32,000 nt of DNA, from positions 150,001 through 182,000 of the forward strand of contig OY970322.1 of NCBI GenBank assembly GCA_963716945.1, read 5' to 3'. The stretch's first letter is position 1. Every line of letters begins with the position of its first letter. This stretch comes from Candidatus Saccharimonadota bacterium (GTDB taxonomy: Bacteria; Patescibacteriota; Saccharimonadia; Saccharimonadales; UBA4665). Made by a program: the position numbers and the translations under genes. Shown here piece after piece: positions 1 to 8,796 of this stretch. Under the pieces are notes generated by a model that saw nothing but the letters and a program-made list of their open reading frames with translations, did no database searches and had not been told where the DNA came from.

Positions 1-86
1 CGTCCGGACTAGCTCGCTTAGAAGCGCGCGGTTTTGTTTAGTGACAAATCGCCTCATTGATTAAGGTATTATAGAGGAAGAACGGA

Positions 87-1109
87 TTGAAGTCGATGCA
101 AAAGATAGCCGTAGTGGTGCCCAACTGGAACGGTAAAGACAGGCTCAAAGCCTGCTTGGACTCGTTGCGGGCCCAAACTTTGCGGCCGCATATCATAGTC
201 GTAGACAACGGTTCGGCCGACGGTTCGGCGGCACTGGTTGAAGAGGCTTATCCCGACATCGAGCTAATCAAGCATGATAGGAACAAAGGCTATGCCGGCG
301 GCATGAACCCCGGCTTCCGGCGGGCCATCGAGCTGGGTTTTGACTATGTCGCGGCCTTTAATAACGACGCCGTCGCCGACAAGCAGTGGCTCGGCAACCT
401 GGCGGCCTGCCTGGACAGTCACGACCGGGTCGGTATCGCCGCCTGCAAACTGCTGACCAGCGACGGGCGGGCGCTGGACAGTACCGGCGACTACTATACG
501 GCCTGGGGCCTGCCATACCCGCGCGGCCGAAACGAGACCGCCATTGATAAATATGACGGCCGGACCGATGTCTTCGCGGCCAGCGGCGGGGCCAGCCTGT
601 ACCGCGTGAAAATGCTGGAAGCCGTCGGCCTGTTCGACGAGGACTTTTTCGCCTACTACGAGGATGTCGACTTGAGCTTCCGGGCCCAGCTGGCCGGTTG
701 GAAAGTCCGCTACGTGCCGGCGGCCACGGCCCGCCATCAAATCGGCGGCACTAGCGGCGGCCTAAAAGGCTTCACGACTTACCAAACCCTGAAAAACCTG
801 CCGATGCTGATGGTCAAAAACGTCCCCCGCAAATACCTCTACCGGGTCAGTTGGCGGCTCGCCTTCGCCCAAACGCTTTTCTTCGGCAGGGCCGTCCTGC
901 GCGGCCACGGCTGGTCAGCCGCGAAAGGCAAGGCGGTCTGTCTTTATTACTTGCCGCGCAACTTGCGCAAGCGCAAGCGAATCCAGGCCGCCAAGACCGT
1001 CGGTGACGACTATATCTGGTCGATGATGGTCCATGATCTGCCGCCTAACGCCGCCGGCCTGCGCCGCCTGAGGTCCTTGGGCTGGAAACTAAGGGGCAGG
1101 AAAGCATGA
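87..1109 (+). CDS. Family 2 (GT-A fold) glycosyltransferase
   Basis: 340-aa ORF. The N-terminus IAVVVPNWNG...HIIVVDNGSADGS and the acidic YYEDVD motif are typical of GT2 enzymes. The TTG start at 87 follows GAGGAAG; an alternative ATG lies at 96. It overlaps the next gene by ATGA. Confidence 0.85.
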   Translation: MKSMQKIAVVVPNWNGKDRLKACLDSLRAQTLRPHIIVVDNGSADGSAALVEEAYPDIELIKHDRNKGYAGGMNPGFRRAIELGFDYVAAFNNDAVADKQWLGNLAACLDSHDRVGIAACKLLTSDGRALDSTGDYYTAWGLPYPRGRNETAIDKYDGRTDVFAASGGASLYRVKMLEAVGLFDEDFFAYYEDVDLSFRAQLAGWKVRYVPAATARHQIGGTSGGLKGFTTYQTLKNLPMLMVKNVPRKYLYRVSWRLAFAQTLFFGRAVLRGHGWSAAKGKAVCLYYLPRNLRKRKRIQAAKTVGDDYIWSMMVHDLPPNAAGLRRLRSLGWKLRGRKA

Positions 1110-2203
1110 GCAAAATCGTCATCGACGCCCGCGAGTACACCACCAGCACCGGCCGCTACATGTTCCGGCTGGTCGAATATCTGGAAAAGCTGGACAGCCC
1201 GCACGACTACGTGCTGCTGCTCAAGCCGGCGGACATGGACGCCTACGACTTGGCCAACCCCCGGTTCACTAAGATCGCTTGCCCGTACAAAGAGTTCACG
1301 TTTTTCGGGGAGCAGGTCCGTTTCCGGCGTCAGCTGCGGCGGCTGAAACCGGACCTGGTGCATTTCGGCAAAGACCACCAGCCGGTACTTTACGGCGGCA
1401 AAACCGTCACCACTATGCATGACCTGACGACCGCCCGGTTCCGTAACCCGGACAAAGCCTGGCCGGTCTTCAAGTTCAAGCAGCTGGTTTACCGCCGGGT
1501 GGTCAAACGCGTCGCGCGCAAGTCAAGCGCTATTCTGACCGGGTCGCAGTTCGTCAAAGAGGACCTGGCCCGGTTTACCGGCGTCGATCCTGCCAAGATT
1601 ACCGTCACGCCCGAAGCGGCCGATCCGATCAAGGAAGCCGCCGAACCGATCCCGCCGCTGGCCGGCCGAAAATTCATCATGTATGTCGGTCGGCCGACGC
1701 CGCACAAGAACCTGGAACGGCTGGTCAAGGCTTTCGCGTTGCTCAGGGCCCAACACCCGGACCTCGTCTTGGTCCTGGCCGGCAAACTTGACAACAACTA
1801 CCGGCGGCTTGAAAAAACCGTACAAAAGAAGAACACCAGGGGAGTGGTTTTCGTAGGTTTCGTCAGCGAGGCCCGGCTGCGCTGGCTGTACGAGAATTGC
1901 GCGGCCTATGTCTTCCCGTCGCTTAGCGAGGGCTTCGGCCTGCCCGGCCTGGAAGCCATGCTGCACGGCGCGCCGGTCGTCAGCAGCAATGCCACTTGCC
2001 TGCCCGAGGTTTACGGCGCGGCGGCCCATTACTTCGACCCCTTGGATATCAAGGCCATGGCCAATGCCATCAGCGAAGTTTTGGTTGATAAAAGCCTGCG
2101 TGACGGCCTGATCGAGGCCGGGCGCCGGCAAGCCGGCCAGTATTCGTGGCAACGTTTAGCCGAGCAGACCCTGGCAGTCTATAACCGCGTACTGGGCAGC
2201 TGA
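1106..2203 (+). CDS. Family 4 (GT-B fold, Glycos_transf_1-type) glycosyltransferase
   Basis: 365-aa ORF. The C-terminal signature FVFPSLSEGFGLPGLEAMLHGAPVVSSN is the canonical GT4 E-x7-E region. It is coupled to its neighbours by an ATGA overlap upstream and a TGATG overlap downstream. Confidence 0.85.
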   Translation: MSKIVIDAREYTTSTGRYMFRLVEYLEKLDSPHDYVLLLKPADMDAYDLANPRFTKIACPYKEFTFFGEQVRFRRQLRRLKPDLVHFGKDHQPVLYGGKTVTTMHDLTTARFRNPDKAWPVFKFKQLVYRRVVKRVARKSSAILTGSQFVKEDLARFTGVDPAKITVTPEAADPIKEAAEPIPPLAGRKFIMYVGRPTPHKNLERLVKAFALLRAQHPDLVLVLAGKLDNNYRRLEKTVQKKNTRGVVFVGFVSEARLRWLYENCAAYVFPSLSEGFGLPGLEAMLHGAPVVSSNATCLPEVYGAAAHYFDPLDIKAMANAISEVLVDKSLRDGLIEAGRRQAGQYSWQRLAEQTLAVYNRVLGS

Positions 2204-3726
2204 TGCCTCTGCCGCCTGATGTTCAAACCAAGTTTTTGCGTGCCCTGCGCTCGCCGCGTTTTTTCACGGCCATTCTGGTCATTTTCGGTTTGGAATCGCT
2301 TTGGCTGGCGCTTTCGGCGGCCTATCCGGGGGTCTTTGACGAGAACGTGCACTTCGGTATTATCAAGCTGTATTCCCATCAGTGGAGCCCGTTCTTCCCG
2401 GCTAATTTGACCGACACCGACCCGTCGGGCGCGGTCGTCCGCGACCCGTCCTACCTCTACCACTACCTCATGAGTTTCCCCTACCGGCTAATCAGTGCGG
2501 CCACCGCCAGCCAAACCGCCCAAGTCATCGTGCTGAGGCTGATAAACATCATGCTGTTCGGCAGTTCGCTGGTACTTTTCCGCCGGCTGCTGCTGCGGAC
2601 CAAAACTTCGCCGGCGATTGTCCACACCGTGCTCCTATTCCTGATATTGGTGCCGATGGTGCCGCTGCTGGCCAGCGAGATCAACTACGACAACTTGATC
2701 CTGCCGCTGACCGGACTGGTCTTGCTGATGACGGTCTCGCTTAGCGACAGTCTGGGGCGGCGGCGCTTGCCGGCCGACGGAATTCTCTGGCTATTAACGC
2801 TATGCCTGTTGTCGAGCCTGGTGCAGTTCGAATTTCTGCCGGTTTTCGCGGCCGTTTTCCTGTGGCTCGGCTGGCGGTTGTGGCGAAGCGGCCTAGGCCG
2901 GCGGCAGATCCGGCAAAGCCTGTTCAGAGGTTGGCGAATAACTTCTTGGCGGCGTAAATTATTAATCGGCCTACCGCTTGTGCTGGCGACTGGCTTATTC
3001 CTGCAAATGTACGGCGTTAACGCCGTCCGCTACCACAACTTCACGCCGGCCTGCAACCAGGTGCTGACCGACCGCCAGTGCGCTTCCGACGGCGCTTGGG
3101 TCCGGGCCCAGCAGGCGCTGGCCCACAAGACTACGGTCGACATCAATCCGCTCCGCTTCAGTGCCGGCTGGGCTTACCGGCTGATGGTCGGTATGTTCTA
3201 CACCTCGAGCGGCGGCGGCAGTCCGCAGGCTTTTTACTTAAGTGTCAATCCCCTGCCGGTCATTTTCGGGGCGGCATTGGTGTTTTTGGTCCTCGGTATG
3301 GTACTGGCAATCCGCTATTGGCGGACGATTACCGGCAGCTATAAACATCTGGACTTCCTGATTTTTGTAAGCCTGTTGTACGCCGCCGCACTGTGGCTGC
3401 GCAATTACCACGACTATGTCCGTCTGGGCCAAAAAGTCGCCATTAACGGCCGTTACCTGCTGCCGATCGCCTTGCCGGTGATGCTGGTATTGGCGCTCGG
3501 CTTTAACCGGTGGTTGCGGCGCCGGCCGCGGCTTAAGCTCGGTTTGCTCGCGGCGGCGCTGCTGCTTTTCTCGCAAGGCGGCGGCGCCCTGACCTACTTC
3601 GTCTATAGCCAGCCGGACTGGTATTGGCAGTCGCCGGCCGTAATCCGCTTCAATAACGATGCCCAGGCCGTGATTAAGCCGCTGGTAATTATCAAGTCGC
3701 CGGTTCCGAGCGTTAGCGGGCTTTAA
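2203..3726 (+). CDS. Polytopic integral membrane protein, putative GT-C-type glycosyltransferase (DUF2142-like); paralogue of 30446-31918
   Basis: 507-aa ORF with more than 10 hydrophobic segments. An FDENVH acidic motif sits in the first predicted loop. It is the last gene of the GT2-GT4 operon. It shares blocks with the ORF at 30446: DPSYLYHYLMSF, EINYDNL, FLPVFA, RNYHDY..LGQ..A.NGRYL.P. Confidence 0.65.
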   Translation: MPLPPDVQTKFLRALRSPRFFTAILVIFGLESLWLALSAAYPGVFDENVHFGIIKLYSHQWSPFFPANLTDTDPSGAVVRDPSYLYHYLMSFPYRLISAATASQTAQVIVLRLINIMLFGSSLVLFRRLLLRTKTSPAIVHTVLLFLILVPMVPLLASEINYDNLILPLTGLVLLMTVSLSDSLGRRRLPADGILWLLTLCLLSSLVQFEFLPVFAAVFLWLGWRLWRSGLGRRQIRQSLFRGWRITSWRRKLLIGLPLVLATGLFLQMYGVNAVRYHNFTPACNQVLTDRQCASDGAWVRAQQALAHKTTVDINPLRFSAGWAYRLMVGMFYTSSGGGSPQAFYLSVNPLPVIFGAALVFLVLGMVLAIRYWRTITGSYKHLDFLIFVSLLYAAALWLRNYHDYVRLGQKVAINGRYLLPIALPVMLVLALGFNRWLRRRPRLKLGLLAAALLLFSQGGGALTYFVYSQPDWYWQSPAVIRFNNDAQAVIKPLVIIKSPVPSVSGL

Positions 3727-3732
3727 CCGGGC

Positions 3733-4206
3733 TTACTCTTCTTCCGGCGGTTTGCTGAGGACGATGTGGCGGTCACGCCCGTCACCGGCCGAATCGCTGG
3801 TCAGGCCGTACTCGGCGGCCAGCTGGTGGACCACCCGGCGGTCGGCGGCGTTCATCGGCTCGAGGTGCATCGGTTCGCCCGAATCGCGGACCTGCTTGAC
3901 CCAGGCCTCGGCCTTATCGCGCAGGCGGTCGGCCCGCTGCTTCTTATAATCGGCGATGTCGACATTGACCCGGTTGTGCTCGTAGTCGTTGTTCTTGAGC
4001 GCCGTGCTGGTCAGATATTGCAGGGAGCGCATGTTGTCGCCGTGCTGGCCGATCAGGAAGCCGTTGAGGTGCGTGCTCGGCACGTTAAGCTGGATGACTT
4101 CGTCGTCGCTGGTAGCGTAGACGTCGGTGTTAAGACCGAAGAACGACAACAGGTCCTCAAGGTATTTCTTAGCGTAGACAATGGCGTCTTCCATGGAGCT
4201 GTTCAT
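3733..4206 (-). CDS. jag: Jag/KhpB-type RNA-binding protein (KH + R3H domains)
   Basis: 157-aa ORF. It has a KH-like GFLIGQHGDNMRSLQYL and an R3H-like MNAADRRVVHQLAAEYGLTSDSAGDGRDRHIVL. It lies directly downstream of yidC with a 4-nt overlap, which is the conserved yidC-jag arrangement. Confidence 0.85.
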   Translation of the reverse strand: MNSSMEDAIVYAKKYLEDLLSFFGLNTDVYATSDDEVIQLNVPSTHLNGFLIGQHGDNMRSLQYLTSTALKNNDYEHNRVNVDIADYKKQRADRLRDKAEAWVKQVRDSGEPMHLEPMNAADRRVVHQLAAEYGLTSDSAGDGRDRHIVLSKPPEEE

Positions 4207-5135
4207 CGTTTTTTCCTCCTCTTTTTAACTGGTTTGGAGGCTGGTTTTTTGGGTTTTTGGTCGACTATTTCGGCTTCCGGGATGGCCGCTACGTTCTTAG
4301 ACGGCTTGTCGGCTATGACTTCCATTTCCGTTTCGTCGCGGCGCAGCACTATGCCCTGCTGGATGAAGGCCACGATGCCGCCGACCAGCCAGTAAAGGCT
4401 CAGGGCCGAAGCCAGGTTGACTGTGAACAGGAAAATCATCACCGGCAACAGGTAGCGGGTGCTGCGGCCGACGGCGGCGTTTACCTCTGTCTGGTCGGCT
4501 TGCTTACCGTTGCTGGCCTCTTTGAGGATGGTCCTCAAGGAACGCTTCTCTTTGTCGTCAGGCATGAGCTGCTTGGTCTGGTAATACTGGGCGATGGCGC
4601 TGCCAAGTACGATGACCATCGCCGGCCAGTAGACGCCGCCATGGGCCGTGCCGGCGGCGCTGCGGCTCAAATCAACGATGCCGAAGAGGGTGTTGTCGAA
4701 CAAGTGGATGTTATGCGACAGCGCTTTCATCCAGCTCAAGTGCTGGAGGCTGGGATAGGCGAAAGTCACCAGGTTGTGCGGGTTGCTGATTACCCGGCGC
4801 AGGCCGCTATACAGGCCGATCAGAATCACCAGCTGGATAATCAGCGTCGGGAAGGTGGCGAACGGGTTGATGCCCCGTTCCTTGTAGAGTTCCATCAGCA
4901 TTTGCGACTCTTTTTGGCGGTCGCCTTTGGCCGCCAGCTTGACGCGCTTGATTTCCGGCTGGAGAGCGCGCATGGCCTTGGCCTGGTGCAACTGTTTCTT
5001 GAGCAGCGGCCACAACAGCACCCGGATAACAATCGTGAAAATAATCAGGCTGAGACCGAAGTTATGCCCCGGCAGCAAAGCGTAAATCAGGACCAGCAGG
5101 TTGAAGATGGGCTGAACTATAAATGTCGTGAACAT
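4203..5135 (-). CDS. yidC: Membrane protein insertase YidC (short, monoderm-type with basic C-terminal tail)
   Basis: 310-aa ORF with a multi-TM 60-kDa-IMP-like core (KMRALQPEIKRVK..., NPFATFPTLIIQLVILIGLY). It ends in the lysine/arginine tail KPKKPASKPVKKRRKKR. It sits in the conserved rnpA-yidC-jag position. Confidence 0.9.
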   Translation of the reverse strand: MFTTFIVQPIFNLLVLIYALLPGHNFGLSLIIFTIVIRVLLWPLLKKQLHQAKAMRALQPEIKRVKLAAKGDRQKESQMLMELYKERGINPFATFPTLIIQLVILIGLYSGLRRVISNPHNLVTFAYPSLQHLSWMKALSHNIHLFDNTLFGIVDLSRSAAGTAHGGVYWPAMVIVLGSAIAQYYQTKQLMPDDKEKRSLRTILKEASNGKQADQTEVNAAVGRSTRYLLPVMIFLFTVNLASALSLYWLVGGIVAFIQQGIVLRRDETEMEVIADKPSKNVAAIPEAEIVDQKPKKPASKPVKKRRKKR

Positions 5136-5200
5136 AGCGGCGTCAGAGGCTCCCTTAACTGATCTTTCATTCTACTATATCACGGCCGACCGGTGTTCGG

Positions 5201-5557
5201 TTAGGGTTTGGGAACCGGTTTGGCGGCTTTTTGGAGCAGCTCGGCGACGGCCGTCCGGAGCTCGGCCGCCGGTAATTCGGCGACCCGGTCGTCAAACACC
5301 GTAAACACCAGGTCCGTGCCCGGCGCGATCCCGTCGCCGGCGGCCCGGACCGTTTCATAAATCCGGCGACGGATGCGGTTGCGCACGACGGCCGACTTGT
5401 TAACCTTGCGGCTGACCACCACGGCTACCCTGTAAGGCCGGCCCGGGCCGCGCTGGTTGAACTTAAGGCTGACCAGCGGGCCGCGCAGGCTCTGGCCGCG
5501 CTGGTAAACGCCGCGCAGGCTGCCGTAGCCGTGGAACCGGTGTCCGGAGGTAATCAT
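5201..5557 (-). CDS. rnpA: Ribonuclease P protein component
   Basis: 118-aa basic ORF with the RNR motif (SAVVRNRIRRRIYE). Its start codon abuts the rpmH stop codon. Confidence 0.9.
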   Translation of the reverse strand: MITSGHRFHGYGSLRGVYQRGQSLRGPLVSLKFNQRGPGRPYRVAVVVSRKVNKSAVVRNRIRRRIYETVRAAGDGIAPGTDLVFTVFDDRVAELPAAELRTAVAELLQKAAKPVPKP

Positions 5558-5695
5558 CTAAGCGGAGAGCTTGGCGCGGCCTTTGGTGCGGCGGCGCTTG
5601 AGGACGTTACGGCCGGCCTTGGTGGCCATCCGCTTAAGGAAGCCGTGCTCGCGGGCGCGGGCGCGCTTCTTAGGTTGGTGGGTTCGTTTCGGCAT
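5558..5695 (-). CDS. rpmH: 50S ribosomal protein L34
   Basis: This gene is not in the supplied ORF track. Manual reverse-strand translation gives [45 protein letters not shown] (45 aa), an unmistakable L34. An AAGGAA Shine-Dalgarno lies upstream, and the TAG stop sits directly next to the rnpA ATG. Confidence 0.95.
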   Translation of the reverse strand: MPKRTHQPKKRARAREHGFLKRMATKAGRNVLKRRRTKGRAKLSA

Positions 5696-5734
5696 AATGG
5701 TTCCTTACGCTTTAGGAGTTTGAATCGTCCCATA

Positions 5735-5763
5735 ACTATAGCGTTGTTACCTCTGTTTGTAAA
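5735..5763 (-). promoter_or_regulatory. Putative sigma70-type promoter of the rpmH-rnpA(-yidC-jag) operon
   Basis: The minus strand reads TTTACA-N17-TATAGT, with the -35 at 5763-5758 and the -10 at 5740-5735. This is about 40 nt upstream of the rpmH ATG. Confidence 0.45.
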
Positions 5764-5825
5764 GAGTGCCGGCGCCGGCCCGGATTTTGTGCTTTTGACA
5801 ATGTTTAGCGGCCAAACCGCAAAAG

Positions 5826-5949
5826 TTATCCACTGAACGGTAGCTACTGTCCACAGATTAACAGATTGAACTGGGGTCTGTGCATAAATATACCTCTGCG
5901 CGGCTTTTTCGTAAGTGATTTTTAAGAAAAGCCTGTTTGGTGTGGAAAA
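5826..5949. promoter_or_regulatory. DnaA-box cluster upstream of dnaA (oriC part 1 and/or dnaA autoregulation)
   Basis: Three boxes are present: TTATCCACT (5826-5834), cTGTCCACA (5847-5855) and TGTGGAAAA, which is the reverse complement of TTTTCCACA (5941-5949). Each is 1-2 mismatches from TTATCCACA. The last box overlaps a weak candidate dnaA promoter (TGGAAA-N17-TATATT). Confidence 0.5.
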
Positions 5950-5994
5950 CTTAGTCCAAGTCACGTATATTGGGACTACACGAGAAGGAGAGGT

Positions 5995-7392
5995 ATGCAG
6001 CAAGACGCTTTATGGCAAGCGGTTCTAGGGGAAATCGAATTGTCGGTTTCTCACGGCAGCTTCATAACCTGGTTCAAAGGCACTTCCCTATTAAAGCACT
6101 CCGAGGACTGTATTGTTATCGGCGTTAATAATATTTTCATTAAGCAGCACTTGGAGTTGCGCTACGGCGACATAATCACCAAAACGCTGGCCAAGAACGG
6201 CCTGGTGTCCAAGCGGATCGAGTATAAGATAGTCTCGGCTCATAGCGATAAGCAGCGGGCCGCCAAACCCCAGGAAGCCGCCGGCGAACGGCCGGCCGAA
6301 CCGGCCTCAACGGCCGGCGCCGTCCGCAAGCCAAGCCCCAGCCCGGTACTGGGCAACGACCTGTCCCACTCTTATAGGCAAGGTTTGAACGAACGCTACA
6401 CGCTGGATGATTTCGTGGTCGGCGACGGCAACGAGCTGGCCTTCGCGGCTTGCCAGGCCGTCGCCAGCCAGCCCGGCACCAAATACAACCCGCTCTTCCT
6501 TTACGGCGGCGTCGGCATCGGCAAAACCCACCTTATCCAGGCGGTCGGCAACATACTGGCGGCCCGCGACCCGTCAGCCAAGGTGCTTTATATATCGACC
6601 GAGCAATTCGTCCAGGAATTCGTTGACGCCCTGCGGATGCGCAAAACGCCGGCTTTTGCCCGCCACTATCGGACGGCCGATGTCCTGATTGTCGACGACG
6701 TCCAGTTCATCGCCGGCAAAGAAAAAATGCAGGAAGAGTTCTTCCACACCTTCAACGCCCTACACCAGGCCAACAAGCAGATTATCCTCAGCGCCGACAA
6801 ACCGCCCAAAGACATCCCGACCCTTGAGGACCGCCTGCGTTCGCGCTTCACCGGCGGCATGAGCATCGACATGCAGATCCCGGACTTCGAGACTCGTTGC
6901 GCCATCGTCCAAAGCAAGGCCCAAAGCCACGGCGCCGAACTCGACAACGAAGTCGTCCAGTACCTGGCGACCAACATCCAAAACAATATCCGCGAACTGG
7001 AAGGCGCTCTCAACCAGCTGCTGGCCTACTGCGAGATGCGCGGCCTGGAACCGACCCTGGCAATCGCTTCCGGCTTGCTAAACGTCAACAAAACCCGCCC
7101 GAAACACCTAAGCGCCAAGCAAATCATTGAACGCACGGCCCGCCATTTTCAGATACCGTTCGAAGATATCGTCGGGCCCAAACGAGACAAGGATATCGTC
7201 GTGCCCCGCCAAGTCGCCATGTACATGCTGCGCAACGAGCTTAAACTAAGCTTCCCTAAGATTGCCCGCGAGCTCGGCCGCAAAGACCACACCACCGCCA
7301 TCCACTCGGTTGACAAGATCGACCGCGAAGCCCGCCAGGACGCTTCGCTGCGCATGGCTATCAGCGAAATCCGGGAGCATTTATATGCTTAA
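5995..7392 (+). CDS. dnaA: Chromosomal replication initiator protein DnaA
   Basis: 465-aa ORF. It has the Walker A GGVGIGKTHL, the Walker B LIVDDVQF, sensor motifs, and the C-terminal DNA-binding helix region KDHTTAIHSVDKI. A strong AAGGAGAGG Shine-Dalgarno lies upstream. Confidence 0.97.
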   Translation: MQQDALWQAVLGEIELSVSHGSFITWFKGTSLLKHSEDCIVIGVNNIFIKQHLELRYGDIITKTLAKNGLVSKRIEYKIVSAHSDKQRAAKPQEAAGERPAEPASTAGAVRKPSPSPVLGNDLSHSYRQGLNERYTLDDFVVGDGNELAFAACQAVASQPGTKYNPLFLYGGVGIGKTHLIQAVGNILAARDPSAKVLYISTEQFVQEFVDALRMRKTPAFARHYRTADVLIVDDVQFIAGKEKMQEEFFHTFNALHQANKQIILSADKPPKDIPTLEDRLRSRFTGGMSIDMQIPDFETRCAIVQSKAQSHGAELDNEVVQYLATNIQNNIRELEGALNQLLAYCEMRGLEPTLAIASGLLNVNKTRPKHLSAKQIIERTARHFQIPFEDIVGPKRDKDIVVPRQVAMYMLRNELKLSFPKIARELGRKDHTTAIHSVDKIDREARQDASLRMAISEIREHLYA

Positions 7393-7459
7393 AGCCCGGT
7401 TCCAGGCCTGGGTAAAGCCTGTGGGCGGCTTGTTGAAGGTTCGGTGCATAAAAACCGGT

Positions 7460-7660
7460 TTATCCTCATGGCCATTGGCCGGGCCGGGCGGGGCTGTTGA
7501 TAAGCACCCCGGCTTATACGAGCCTTTGCACGGGTTTGTACCTGGCTTTTTCCACGGCGAAAAACATACTTTCATATCCATAATTTCGTCAATTATACCC
7601 ATTATCCACACTACCTATAACAAGCGGCTAGTTTATTTAAATCTTAATTATTAATAGTAG
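7460..7660. promoter_or_regulatory. Candidate oriC (DnaA boxes plus AT-rich unwinding region) in the dnaA-dnaN spacer
   Basis: There is one perfect TTATCCACA at 7602-7610. Near-matches are TTATCCTCA (7460-7468), TGTTGATAA (7495-7503, reverse orientation) and TTTTCCACG (7548-7556). An AT-rich tract follows at 7611-7655 (ctacctataacaagcggctagtttatttaaatcttaattattaat). Confidence 0.55.
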
Positions 7661-7669
7661 GAGGCAGGC

Positions 7670-8761
7670 ATGAAACTTCAAGTTACCCAGGAAAACCTTA
7701 ACCGCGCGCTCGGCTCGGTCGCCCGTGTCGCCAATAGCCGTGGTACGCTGCCGATACTGGCCAACGTGCTCATAAAAACCAGTAATAACCGCCTCAGCCT
7801 ATCCGCCACCAACCTCGATATAGCCATCACCCACTACATCGGCGCCAAAGTTAAGGATGAAGGTTCGATCACGGTTCCGGCCCGGCTAATGCAGGATTTT
7901 GTCGGCAGCCTGCCCGACGGTATTATCGAGCTCGACCTTCAGGAAACCAAACTCCACGTGACGACCGACCAGTACCAATCGGTCGTAAACGGGATTGTGG
8001 CCGACGATTTTCCGGTTATGCCGGCTATTAAGGACGGCAAGACCTGGACTATAGGGGGCAGCGCTTTCAAAAAAGCCCTCCAGCAAGTAGTCTTCGCCGC
8101 CTCTAATGACGAGACCAGGCCGGTCCTGACAGGTGTTTTAATACAGACGCTTAACGGTAAGCTATATATGGCGGCGACCGACAGCTACCGGCTGGCCGAG
8201 AAACAGCTTGGCGCCAACAAGCAAGATATTAACCTGCTCGTCCCGGCTTCGGCTATGCAGGATCTTTTGAGGGTTTTGGCCGATGACGACCAAGACGTCA
8301 AGGTTACCCATGACGACCAGCAGATGCTATTTCAGGTCGGCGACATAGAGCTGGTAACCCGCTTGGTAGACGGCAAATATCCGGATTATCGAAAACTCAT
8401 TCCCGATTCTTTCGCCACTATCGCCACCCTTAAACGGGCCGACCTGGTTAACGTTACTAAGGTTTCCAGTCTGTTTGCCCGCGAAAGCGCCGGCAGCGTT
8501 ACTATAGAAGCCGATGACAAGGCCGGCCAAATAAGTATCAGGTCGGTCGCTTCCCAGCTCGGCGAAAACACCGCTACCGCCCCGGCCAAAGTTACCGGCA
8601 GCGGCAGCATCACGGTTAACTCGCGCTACCTGTTGGACGCCTTGGGCGTGTTGTCCGGCGATGATGTCTCGTTCAGTTTCAACGGCAAGCTGGAGCCGAC
8701 GCTCCTTAAGGACCCGGCCAGTCCCGACTACCAGCACATTATCATGCCGCTCAAAAGCTAA
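7670..8761 (+). CDS. dnaN: DNA polymerase III beta sliding clamp
   Basis: 363-aa ORF. It starts with the typical MKLQVTQENLNRAL...RGTLPILANVLI and ends with the C-terminal MPLK motif. An AGGAGG Shine-Dalgarno lies upstream. It sits in the conserved dnaA-dnaN-recF order. Confidence 0.95.
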   Translation: MKLQVTQENLNRALGSVARVANSRGTLPILANVLIKTSNNRLSLSATNLDIAITHYIGAKVKDEGSITVPARLMQDFVGSLPDGIIELDLQETKLHVTTDQYQSVVNGIVADDFPVMPAIKDGKTWTIGGSAFKKALQQVVFAASNDETRPVLTGVLIQTLNGKLYMAATDSYRLAEKQLGANKQDINLLVPASAMQDLLRVLADDDQDVKVTHDDQQMLFQVGDIELVTRLVDGKYPDYRKLIPDSFATIATLKRADLVNVTKVSSLFARESAGSVTIEADDKAGQISIRSVASQLGENTATAPAKVTGSGSITVNSRYLLDALGVLSGDDVSFSFNGKLEPTLLKDPASPDYQHIIMPLKS

Positions 8762-8796
8762 ACCGCTTTCGGCGGCCGGCTACGTATAATACGTGT

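Noticed and set aside
5136-5200. Possible yidD between rnpA and yidC
   Set aside because: The gap is only 65 nt. The overlapping 63-aa ORF (5167-5358) lacks the YidD Cys-rich motif and lies inside rnpA out of frame.
5554-6003. 149-aa minus-strand ORF from the track, spanning the rpmH region and the dnaA upstream spacer
   Set aside because: It is in the wrong frame. The real gene here is the 45-aa L34 (5558-5695) in another frame. The rest of the ORF runs through the non-coding DnaA-box and promoter region and has no protein-like features.
7262-7654. 130-aa plus-strand ORF overlapping the dnaA 3' end and the dnaA-dnaN spacer
   Set aside because: It overlaps dnaA out of frame and then crosses the DnaA-box and AT-rich region. 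It is better explained as oriC than as coding sequence.
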